NCBI GenBank assembly: GCA_963842525.1
Contig: CAWJGT010000003.1
Coordinates: 256,001-320,000 of the forward strand
From: an uncultured Holophagales bacterium
GTDB taxonomy: Bacteria; Acidobacteriota; Thermoanaerobaculia; Multivoradales; UBA5704
Length of the DNA stretch: 64,000 nucleotides
Reading direction: 5' to 3'
This document shows positions 9,324 through 18,543 of this stretch, piece after piece. A program made the position numbers and the translations under genes. Position 1 is the first letter of the stretch; each line of letters opens with the position of its first letter. The notes beneath the pieces were generated by a model. That model made no database searches. It was not told where the DNA came from and saw only the letters and a list, made by a program, of their open reading frames with translations.

Positions 9324-9710
9324 ATGAACCCCAGATCGATTGGAGACCAGGAGCTGGCGGTGCTGCGGTACGTCGCCGAGCAGGGGCCGACGACGGTGGG
9401 CCAGGTGGCCGAAGGGTTCGGCGAGCCGCGGGGGCTGGCGCGCTCGACGGTGCTCACGATGATGGAGCGGCTGCGCCAGAAGGGGCATCTGGACCGCGAG
9501 CCGGTGGACGGTGTGTTCCGGTACTTCTCGCCGGTGCCCGAAGGAGAGCTTCTGCGCGGCGCGGTGCGGACGTTCGTGGAGAAGACCCTCGACGGGTCCG
9601 TGTCGCCGTTCGTCGCCTATCTCTCGGAGACGGCGGAGGTCTCGGAGAGTGAGCTGGCGGAGCTCGAGGATCTTGTGGCCCGGCTCAAGTCGAAAAGGAA
9701 GGAGGGTTGA
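9324..9710 (+). CDS. BlaI/MecI/CopY family transcriptional repressor
   Basis: ELAVLRYV..GP.TV..V....LARSTVLTMMERLRQKGHL; GSVSPFVAYL; GGAGG RBS before ATG 9324. Confidence 0.93.
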   Translation: MNPRSIGDQELAVLRYVAEQGPTTVGQVAEGFGEPRGLARSTVLTMMERLRQKGHLDREPVDGVFRYFSPVPEGELLRGAVRTFVEKTLDGSVSPFVAYLSETAEVSESELAELEDLVARLKSKRKEG

Positions 9711-9711
9711 G

Positions 9712-11685
9712 ATGGACGGCTCGGCAACCCTGATCGGCCTGATCGGCCGTGCCTCGCTCCAGGGGGCGATCGCGATTGTCGCGGTGTGGGCCGTCTGCCG
9801 GCTCTTCCCGCGCCTGCCTGCCTCGCTGCGTTGCGGGCTCTGGTGGCTCGCCTGCCTGAAAGTGGTCCTCGGGCTCGTCTGGACCAACCCGGTACCGCTG
9901 CCGGTTCTGCCGGCCGCCGAGCGGCCACCCGTGACGCTCGTCGCCACGGCTCCCATGGCCGAGGCGGGGCCGGCTGCGGCCCACCCCTCGGCACCGCTCG
10001 ACGAGGCGGCGCCCTTCCCCTGGACGCTGGTACTGGTGGGGCTCTGGGCCGCCGGTCTCGTTGGACATCTCGCCTGGACCACCGGCCAGCTCCGGCGGGT
10101 TCGGGCAATCGTCCGGGAGGCCGAGCCCGTCAAGGAACGCTGGGTCGTGGACCTCTTCGCAGGGCTCCGGGAAGAGCCCGCATCACCCCGCGCGCCGAGG
10201 TGCTTTCCGCAGAGGTCGAGACGCCGCAGGTCCTCGGTCTGTTCCGGCCGGGGTCTTGCTTCCCCGGCGCACGCTCTCCCGCCTCTCTCCCGCAGAGCTG
10301 GCGATGACCCTCTGCCATGAGCTGCTCCATGTGCGTCGCGGCGACCTGTGGCTCGGCTGGGTGCCGGCGCTGGCGCAGCGGCTGTTCTTCTTTCACCCCC
10401 TCGCGCGGCTCGCGGTGCGCGAGTATGCGTTGGCCCGCGAGGCCGCCTGCGATGCGGAGGTGCTGCGGGTCCTCGATCCCGCTCCTGACGCCTATGGCCG
10501 GCTTCTCTTGAGATTGGGCGTGGCGCCTCGGGTCCCGCGGCTGGCCGCGGCGGGCGCCGCGCCCTCGGTTGAAACTCTGAAAAGGAGACTGATGATGCTG
10601 CAACAAGCTTCGGATAGAAAGCGCCTTCATCCCGCCTGGTGGGGGCTGGTCGTCCTCGTGGCTCTGGTGGGCCTGATCCCGTTCCAGATGGTGGCCCAGG
10701 GCCCGGAGGAGGAGGTCGCTCCGGTGGCCGCGGTCGAGCCTGTGCCTGAGATCGCGCCTGTCCCCGAAGGCGCGCCGGTCCCCGTGGTCGAGCCTGCGCC
10801 GGAGGCCCTGCCTGTCCCTGCGGAAAGCTCTCCCCGCGCCCGAGGCCCTGCCGGCCGTGGCGGGCGTGCCCGGTGCAGCAGCGCCTGTGCCCGCTGTGGC
10901 GGGCATGCCCGGTGTGGCGAGCGTGCCTGGTGTGCCATCCCTGCCCGTCCTCGCCGCCGCCGTGCCAGGCGCCTATCCGGCACCTCATGCGAAGGGGGCC
11001 GGGCAGTGCCGCCGGCGCCTCCGCGGCCGCCCGCGCCGCCAACTCCACCCAGAGCGCCGAGGGCGCGGCACGCTTCGTGGACCGACGACGGCGATGATTC
11101 CTATGTCGTCCGGCTGGATGGCAACCATCACATCATGAGCGGTTCCAGCTCGGAGTCTAAAAAAGGCCGGCAAGCTCCTGGTCTGCTCCGGGATCTGGTT
11201 CGAGCGCGACGGCAAGGAGTACGTCATCCGCGATGCGGCGACCGTCCGGCAGGTCGAGGGTGCTCTTCAAGCCCCAGACTCAGCTCGGCGAGAAGCAGGC
11301 CGGCCTGGGTGAGAAGCAAGCCGGCCTGGGAGAGAAGCAGGCGAAGATCGGTGCCCAGCAGGCCAAGCTCGGCGCCAAGATGGCTGGTCTCGGCGCGAAG
11401 CAGGCCTCTCTCGCCGCCCAGCAGGCGAGCCGGGGAGGGGAGGAGGATGACGATCTCGAAGAGAAGATGGAGGATCTTGGCCGCCAGATGGAGGCACTCG
11501 GCCGCCAGATGGAATAAGCTCGGCGAGCCCATGGAGGCAGCTCGGGCGCCAGCAGGAGAAGCTCGGAGAGCAGCAGGAGGCGCTGGGTGGGCAGCAGGAG
11601 AAGCTGGCTGGAGCAGGCCGAGCGCCAGCTCCGGACCATCCTGGACAAGGCGCTCGCGAGCGGTCTGGCCCAGGAAGTGAAGTAA
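9712..11685 (+). CDS. M56 family (BlaR1-like) metallopeptidase with Pro-rich linker and coiled-coil tail; frameshifted
   Basis: N-terminal TM helices, HELLHVRRGD (HExxH), REAACD, LKRRLMML; LGEKQAG heptads; spread over frames 9511-10320, 10061-11680 and 11233-11517. Confidence 0.85.
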
Positions 11686-11686
11686 A

Positions 11687-11927
11687 CCTCACCCCCTGTC
11701 CCCCTCTCCCATCGCACTCCCCCCACCGGGAGAGGGGGAACGCGTCTGATTGCCTGCGGCATTTCGGGGGAGGGTTGGAGTGGCGGAGAGGCGTTCGGGT
11801 GCAGCATGCTGTGCCCCTACAGCCTCCACTGGCAGGCAGCTCCGGTAAAAACCGCGAGGCTCCGCCTACGTCCCCCCTCTCCCGGTGCGGGGAGGGGGGC
11901 GACGGGAGAGGGGGCCAGGGGGTGAGG
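11687..11927. repeat. inverted pair of ~55-bp REP-like units (11687-11740, 11871-11927) with a nested GTAG-type palindrome (11796-11820)
   Basis: CCTCACCCCCTGTCCCCCTCTCCC...CCGGGAGAGGGGG and its reverse complement; minus strand GTAGGGGCACAGCATGCTGCACCCG. Confidence 0.85.
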
Positions 11928-13162
11928 TCACGGCCACAGCCACCAGATCGCCCCCCCCCCCGCCAGCGCCGCCCGAAGAGGACCGCCACCCGCCCGAAGA
12001 GAGCCCGGGTACCGAGGACGGCGACGATCCCCGCCTTGAAGACGAGGTTGGAGAGCACGGCGAGGAGGATCGCCCGCCAGCCGTCGCCCGCGGGGATGCG
12101 GCCGGCGTCGACCAGCCGGGCGGTCGAGAGGGTGAGGGCGTCGACGTCGGTCAGCCCGGAGAGCGCGGCCACTGTGTAGAGGCCGGCGGTGCCGAAGCGG
12201 TCGCGGGCGAAGGCGACGGCGAGGAGCACCGCGGCGTAGAGGGCCCCGAAGAAGAGGGCCGACCTGAGCTGCGCCGGGTTCCCCGGTTCGGGGGGCTCCG
12301 CGGCGTGGTCCCGGTCGGCGAGCCAGGCGACGACCGAAAGCACCGCCGCCACGCCGAACATGGCCCCGATCGGCGGCGCCAGGGCGAGGATCTGACCGGG
12401 GCCACGACCGCGATCTCGACCAGCACGCGGGCGAAAACGACGGTCGAGGCGATCATCACCACCAGGGCCGCCAGCCGGGAGAGCTTCCGGCGCCTCCTTC
12501 GTCCGGCGGGCGTAGCTGACCGTGGTGGCCGTGCTCGAGATGAGGCCGCCGAGGACCCCGGCGAGCACCGTCCCCGCCCCGCGCCGAACAGCTTGTACGC
12601 CACATACCCCGCCAGCGACAGCCCGACGATCAGCACCACCATCCACCAGATCTGGTAGGGATTGAGCACCCCATAGGGCCCAATGTCCCGGTCCGGCAGG
12701 ATCGGCAGGATGACCAGGGCAGAAGGACGAGCTGCATGATCGCCCGGATGTCCTGCTCCCCCATCCGCCCCACGAACCGGTGGAGGGGCTCCTTCAGATG
12801 AAAAGGACCGCAACCGCCCCGCCCAGGACGACCGCGAGCGTCAGCGGCGCGACGACCGTCCGGGCGCCGACGCCGTACATGACGAGAGCCGCGAACTCCG
12901 TCGTCTGCCCCGGATCGGCCTCCCCCTCGCGCAGCCGCACCAGGTTCCCCGACATCACCAGCCCCGCCACCGCCAGCAACCCCACCGCCACCACCCACCC
13001 GCCGAACGCCCGTCCGAGCAGCGCCGCCACCGCCCCGAGCAGCGTGATCAGGGCGAACGTGCGGATCCCCGCGATGGCGGAGTCGATCCGCTCCCGCTGC
13101 AGCCCGACCAGGAGCCCGAGCCCGAGGGCGACGGCGAGCTGGAGGAAAGGCTGCGGGATCAA
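11928..13162 (-). CDS. MgtC/SapB family membrane protein with DUF4010; frameshifted
   Basis: [75 protein letters not shown]. Confidence 0.85.
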
Positions 13163-13274
13163 TTCAAATAAGGTCTCTCCTGCCGGGCGGGCGGTCGGGT
13201 ACGGACGGACGGACGAGGGGATCGTGCGCGAGGCGCTGGAGGGAGAGGGACCTGCTCCGATCTGCTCCGGGAGT

Positions 13275-13516
13275 CGGACAGTTCGCGCCACGGATCGGAC
13301 GGTTTGCGCCAGCGGTGGGACGGTCCATGAAGCGGGTCGGACAGTCCGCCCCGCAGGTCGGACAGATTGTACCGCGGAGCGGACAGTTCGCGCCGAAGGT
13401 CGGACAGTTCCCGCCGCGGGGTGACCGCCATCATATCCGGCGTGAACCGTCCGACCCACGGAGCAAACCGTCCGACCTGCTTTGGTGGCGCCCGCGAGAT
13501 CGGCGCGAACTGTCCG
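13275..13516. repeat. degenerate 21-bp tandem array (7 units) followed by three inverted units
   Basis: CGGACAGTTC-like cores at 13275, 13296, 13317, 13338, 13359, 13380, 13401; reverse-complement cores at 13444, 13465, 13507. Confidence 0.85.
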
Positions 13517-13659
13517 TTCCGGTCTGGTGGCCACAGCAAAACCGGAGCGAGGTTCCGACCTGGTCTGGTGGTCGTCCCAAAATCGGGTCAACCGTTCGCC
13601 GCCCCGAACGTCGCCGTAGAGACGCCTGGTCCGGGACCACGAACCTCACGGCGAAGCCA

Positions 13660-14000
13660 AGCGAGAACGAGAAACCATTGGCGAAGATCGTCCCGGCCAG
13701 GGAAAAGGAAAACGAGCCGCACGCCCTTTCCGGGTTCCAAGGAGGCCCGAGGACGACGATCCGTTCTTCTCAACGATTGAGGAGATCGTGGAAAGCCGTT
13801 TCGAGCACAGGCCGAGAGTGCTGGGAGAAACCTCGGCCGCCCGCCAGAGGACGTCTACGCGGTGAACGGCTATCTGCTGGACACCAACGTTCTTTCGGAG
13901 CTCCCGCCAAAAGCCCCTGCCTCCAAGTTCTGGAGCGCATCCGCCGGGTTCCTGCGCTGACCACATCATCGATTTGTGTGCTGGCTTCCGTCATGGAGCC
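13660..14000 (+). pseudogene. decayed type II TA pair: Phd/YefM-like antitoxin 3' part plus VapC/PIN toxin 5' part
   Basis: EKPLAKIVP...DDDPFFSTIEEIVESR ending in GTGA, which overlaps GTG 13862 of MNGYLLDTNVLSEL; truncated at a REP fragment near 14000. Confidence 0.65.
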
Positions 14001-14069
14001 CCCCCGCCGGGAGAGGGGGGACGCATTCGGAGCTACCGTGCCGGACCTCGCCGAACTGCCTCAGCAACG

Positions 14070-14125
14070 TTCCCCCTCTCCCGGGGATGGGCGGGTGGGA
14101 GATGGGGAGGGGGCCAGGGGTGAGG
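14070..14125 (-). repeat. REP-like unit (partial partner at ~14001-14020)
   Basis: TTCCCCCTCTCCCGGGG...GGGGAGGGGGCCAGGGGTGAGG. Confidence 0.8.
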
Positions 14126-14645
14126 TCACGGCCACAGCCACCAGATCGCCGCCCCGCCCGCCAGCGCCAGCCCGAAGAGGACGGCGATGCGGCCGAACAA
14201 GGCCCAGCATGGCCCCGATCGGCGGCCGACGGCCCGAGCTGGCTCAGCGCCACGATCGCGACCTCGACCAGCACCCGGGCGAAGACCACCGTCGATGCGA
14301 TCATCACGACGAGAGCGGCCAGCACCGTCCGTGCACCCGCTCCGAACAGCTTGTAGGCTACGTACCCGGCCAGCGACAGGCCGACGATCAGCACCACCAT
14401 CCACCAGATCTGGGAGGGGTTGAGCACCCAGATGGCCCCATGTCCCGGTCCGGCAGGACCGGCAGGATGACCAGGGCGAGGAGGACGAGCTGCATGACCG
14501 CCGCAGGTCCTGCTCGCCGATCTTCCCCACGAACCGGTGGAGCGACTCCTTCAGATGAAGCAGGACCGCGACCGCGCCCCCCAGGACCACGGCGAACGCG
14601 AGCGGCGCGACGACCGTCAGGGCTCCGCCCGATTACATCACCAGG
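14126..14645 (-). pseudogene. internally deleted, 5'-truncated paralog of the MgtC/DUF4010 gene
   Basis: [28 protein letters not shown] and ...AAIWWLWP* match the 11928-13162 gene with substitutions and two internal deletions. Confidence 0.8.
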
Positions 14646-14834
14646 GCCGCGAGCAGAGAGTGCCGTTTGCCTACGATGGCGCATGGCTTTATCTCTCTTT
14701 TTCTTTCTGCGCTTACTAGCTCGGAAAACCCTTGTCTTGCCGATCTGTTGCGTATAATCGGTAACGCGAAATCGCTCAACGAGACCGGGAATGGGGTAGA
14801 CCCCCGTCCCTGACAAGCGACAAGGGAGCCTGGA

Positions 14835-14860
14835 GAGAAATTTCTAAGTTCGTCCGTCCA
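14835..14860 (+). promoter_or_regulatory. candidate ECF promoter upstream of the haloperoxidase
   Basis: GAGAAATTTCTAAGTT-CGTCCGTC-CA; same motif and spacing at 21923-21948(-) and 22891-22916(+). Confidence 0.5.
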
Positions 14861-14943
14861 ATTTGGGAATAGCTTTGCGGCTGAAATGACCTAAGGGAGT
14901 GCGTGCGACATTGATACCAGGTTAATGGTAGAAAGGAAGAACG

Positions 14944-16445
14944 ATGGCGACTGACTACATTCTTATCTAGAACGGTTTGTTTAAAGCAAACCGCGTCAGC
15001 CACACCGACGGCAGCAAGGAGCAGAACGGTCCAACGCTGCAGCTCGCGTGCCATGGCGATTGTGCACTTGGCAATGTATGACGCCTACGCGGGCGTAGTG
15101 AAAGAGCCGGCGAAATTGCCACATTACATCACGCCCGCCACGCCGCTCCATCAGGTTCCTCCATCCAGGCAGCGGTCGGGGGAGCCGCGTTCGAGACCCG
15201 ATGACTCTCTACCGAGCCAGCTCGAGTCTTCGAGGACAAGCTCTTGATGCATGGCGATGGATCGAATCCCGGGCATGATTTCGGCCGGCAGGTCGGGCAG
15301 GCGATCTTGATGGACCGCGAGGAGGACCCGGCAGCAAGTCAAGGCAAGTACCGGCCCACAAGGGACGTGGCGGGCACCGAGTTGATCAACAACCCTAGCC
15401 AGGGGTTCCACGGACCGGCCTATGGTACCGCCAAGGCTTTCGCCCTCAAAGCCCTCCACAAGTTGAACAAGCCGCCCTTCGACGACACTGTCTACGAGAA
15501 GGCGCTGCGGCAGGTTCGCGCCAAGGGAATCAAACCGGAGTTGATGGGAGAGTTCCCGCCAATCTCCAAAACGACCGCCGCTCTGCGGAAGAGACCCTGA
15601 TCGGGATCTTCTGGGGCTACGACGGTGCCGCCGGGCTCGGCACGCCGCCGCGCCTCTACAACCAGATCGTACGGAAGATCTCGATCGCCAAGGGGACCAG
15701 CGAGCGCGACAACGCCAGGTTGTTCGCCTTCGTCAACGCCGCCATGGGCGATGCCGGCATCCTGGCCTGGGAGCAGAAGTACGTCCATGATTTCTGGCGG
15801 CCGGTGGTCGGAATAAGAGAGCACGACAAGTCGCTGGGCCCCATCGATGAGGGACAGCCGATGCCGGCGGCGGACCGGATCTCCAAGGACGCCGATCCCT
15901 CCTGGCTGCCCCTGGGCGCGCCTTCATCCAATTCGGCAAGTGCCTGCGTGATGACCGCCCAAGCGACCTTCCCATTCGCCAACGCGCAGTTCGGCCGGGT
16001 GAAGAACTTCACGCCGAACTTCCCGGCTTACCCCTCGGGCCATGCCACCTTTGGGGCGGCCGCCCTGCACATCCTTCGCCTCTTCTACAAAGTCCCCGCA
16101 GGAGATACAAACCCAGACACCCTGTTGAACGGGTTGAAGAACCCGGATGGCACGGACATCTTCTTCGTCTCCGACGAGCTCAACGACAAGACGCAGGACA
16201 ACAACGGCACAGTCCGCCCGCTCCACCGCCGCAAGTTCAAGGACGGTGTGTGGGACATGATCATCGAAAACGGATTGAGCCGCATCTTCCTGGGTGTCCA
16301 CTGGAGCTTCGACGCCTTCGCGGTCAAGGCCAACGGCGCACCCAATCTGTCGAAGAACATCGGCGGCGTGCGGCTCGGATTGGATATCGCGGAGGACATC
16401 TTCGCCTTCGGCGGTAAGAAGGCGCCGAAGAAGTCGTCGGTTTGA
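14944..16445 (+). CDS. vanadium-dependent haloperoxidase (chloroperoxidase-like, PAP2 superfamily); 5' half frameshifted
   Basis: GPT..SRAMAIVHLAMYDAY; WEQKYVHDFWRP; FPAYPSGHATFG; ENGLSRIFLGVHW; in-frame TAG at 14968 where Trp is expected. Confidence 0.85.
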
Positions 16446-16551
16446 GGGGGGAGCAACCTCGCAGGAGGGACGGTGCTGGGCCGTTCCTCCTGGGCTCACC
16501 CCATCTTCAATTTTCTCGCCTTGTGCTCAGGCCGACTTTCATCACAGGTCG

Positions 16552-17511
16552 CTAAGGCGGGTTATAAATACTCGCTATCTTGAGAAGATCAACACAGGCA
16601 TAAAACGGCGTGACAAAATGAAATTTTGCCTCAGCGGTGGTGTATGAGTAGAGTCCGAGCGCATCCCCCCTGTCAGCTTCCTTTTTTTCCATCACTGTGA
16701 GGGAGCCTGAGTCTCCCCATTGACCGAAATTCTGGCCTCTCACAAGAATCTGGTTATCAAACACGACTTTCGTCGGATTCATTCCGCTCATGGTGATCTC
16801 GTACGAGATCATCGCGGTCACGTCGAGTACTTTGCCATTCTTGTCACTCGCCAGATTTGTCACCTTTCTTTTCACAGTCTGCGGAGCATTCTGCTTTGTT
16901 ATGTACTTCCCGCTGATCCGCCCATCTCTCTTCAGATCGACCCTGCCCTCGCATGGATCGACCTCGTCCTCGCATGGCAGGAAGAGTGCGCAGTCCGCTG
17001 AGTTGCTTTGCCCTTGCCCGGTATTGAACCCGCCAAAGCGCCACGATTTTCCCGCTGGTTTAAAGTCGTTTGGTGGAGACAGGACCCTCACGACGTGCTC
17101 TTCTCGTAAGTAAAAAATGTGCTCCACTGTCAGAACGGCCTTCGTCGAATCTTCGTGATAGACAAAACAACCTACACATCCCGGGTCCCCATCTTGCGGC
17201 TTGATCACCGACGCGGGTTCCAGTGAAAATTTTTTTCTGACCGCCGCCAAAAGATTTCCAAAGAAAGTGAAAAACCCGTGTCTGATGGCCTCCATTGGCG
17301 GCGGAGCGGGCGTGCCTCTATGCAACTCGACGAAGTCCAAGAAATCGGCCTCGACGCTCTGAAGGGTGGCCAACGCCGCCTCGCGGTCAGTGTAGAAGAC
17401 GATGAGTCTTTCCTCGACAGGATCTATTCCCACCCCGTTGATGCCATCTGCAGTACCATTGACTATTCTGGCCTTTAAAGTTTTTTTCATCTCTTCGATT
17501 CGAGCGTCCAT
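16552..17511 (-). CDS. trypsin-like (PA clan, Nal1-like) serine protease
   Basis: GCVGCFV, LTVEH (His), ADCALF (Asp), GDSGS (Ser); N-terminal prodomain-like INGVGID..LIVF; start overlaps the upstream stop. Confidence 0.75.
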   Translation of the reverse strand: MDARIEEMKKTLKARIVNGTADGINGVGIDPVEERLIVFYTDREAALATLQSVEADFLDFVELHRGTPAPPPMEAIRHGFFTFFGNLLAAVRKKFSLEPASVIKPQDGDPGCVGCFVYHEDSTKAVLTVEHIFYLREEHVVRVLSPPNDFKPAGKSWRFGGFNTGQGQSNSADCALFLPCEDEVDPCEGRVDLKRDGRISGKYITKQNAPQTVKRKVTNLASDKNGKVLDVTAMISYEITMSGMNPTKVVFDNQILVRGQNFGQWGDSGSLTVMEKKEADRGDALGLYSYTTAEAKFHFVTPFYACVDLLKIASIYNPP

Positions 17512-18473
17512 TATCTGAAGCCCTCAAAGTAACCGCCAGTACAAGGCTTTTCTGTTGCCCCCGCCGAATCGTCTCTGGGAACCGGCACACGCCAGCAAAG
17601 CCATCGACTGGTTTCGCTGGAGAGGCCATAGAACACTTCGAAATCCGGATCGGGAATTCGTTGAACTCTCCTTGGGAGGATCGGATCTGGTTGAAAAAGG
17701 GCAGGGATCTCTGTCTCTGTGTGTACGATGTCGATCCGCAGCACACCCCTTTCTGGGATTTTTAGTATGTAGTCGGAAATATCCGGATCGCCGCTTTCTT
17801 TCCAGATCATGCTCTTGATCGTCACCTCATACCAATCGGCCGGCAGGCGAACCTTCCACGTCAGTTGGTTTGCTAATTCTCTTTTCCAAACCCGCTTTCG
17901 ATATTTGGGAGTGCCAAAGAAGGAATAGACGTAACCAAAATCAACTTTATCGCGCTTGTTTCTAAAAAAGCCGGTTACTGCCAAGTCGCCAGTGGTTAAC
18001 TGAAACGCAGCGGACAGGCCTCTCCTGTCGAAGTCTTTGCTCTTGGGATGGAACCGGAGAGATGCGTATCTATGTTTTGGCGAGATTTCCGACATCTGCG
18101 GCATATAGCACTTCACGTCGGGATGTATGGTGATTTTATTGGTTGGGAAACCAAAATCGAGTTGCTCTCCAAGCAAGAGGATAGCCGCTTGAGCCGGTGG
18201 ACGAGTATCCACCGCTTTCTTTGCGTACTCCCCATCCTGAAAGAGAGCTTCTATTTCGCCGGTAGTCTTATCCTTGTCAATTAGATCTTCGTTGACGATC
18301 AGAAAACCGAAGTGCGGGCTGCGGGCCGGCAGGAGGTTTTCGATGGGGCGCCACCGCGAGGGAGTGGGTACGAGTGCGTTCGGCATCAGCGCCCATAAAG
18401 TATCACCGTCGGGAACGTAGGCGATGGCTCCATGCAAACGCACCTCTAGGTACTTAGTTGATTCTTGATGCAT
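17511..18473 (-). CDS. hypothetical 320-aa beta-rich protein
   Basis: AAGGAGG RBS before ATG 18473; uninterrupted AT-richer ORF between the CHAT and protease genes. Confidence 0.8.
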   Translation of the reverse strand: MHQESTKYLEVRLHGAIAYVPDGDTLWALMPNALVPTPSRWRPIENLLPARSPHFGFLIVNEDLIDKDKTTGEIEALFQDGEYAKKAVDTRPPAQAAILLLGEQLDFGFPTNKITIHPDVKCYMPQMSEISPKHRYASLRFHPKSKDFDRRGLSAAFQLTTGDLAVTGFFRNKRDKVDFGYVYSFFGTPKYRKRVWKRELANQLTWKVRLPADWYEVTIKSMIWKESGDPDISDYILKIPERGVLRIDIVHTETEIPALFQPDPILPRRVQRIPDPDFEVFYGLSSETSRWLCWRVPVPRDDSAGATEKPCTGGYFEGFR

Positions 18474-18543
18474 GCTTTTTCCCTCCTTGCTTGGAAACGT
18501 ATCTCGCATAGCCGGCCAGGAACCTCCAGCTTCGCTTCCCGCA

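Noticed and set aside
13201-13216. Fourth CGTCCGTC on the minus strand upstream of mgtC
   Set aside because: Part of a (CGTC)n microsatellite and lacks the upstream AA-containing element
14126-14645. Assembly duplication of mgtC
   Set aside because: The copies differ by many substitutions and clean internal deletions, which fits a real decayed paralog
17511-18473. Bacterial gasdermin next to the proteases
   Set aside because: No N-terminal Cys or recognisable gasdermin pattern in this or the other orphans; cannot be fully excluded without a structure search
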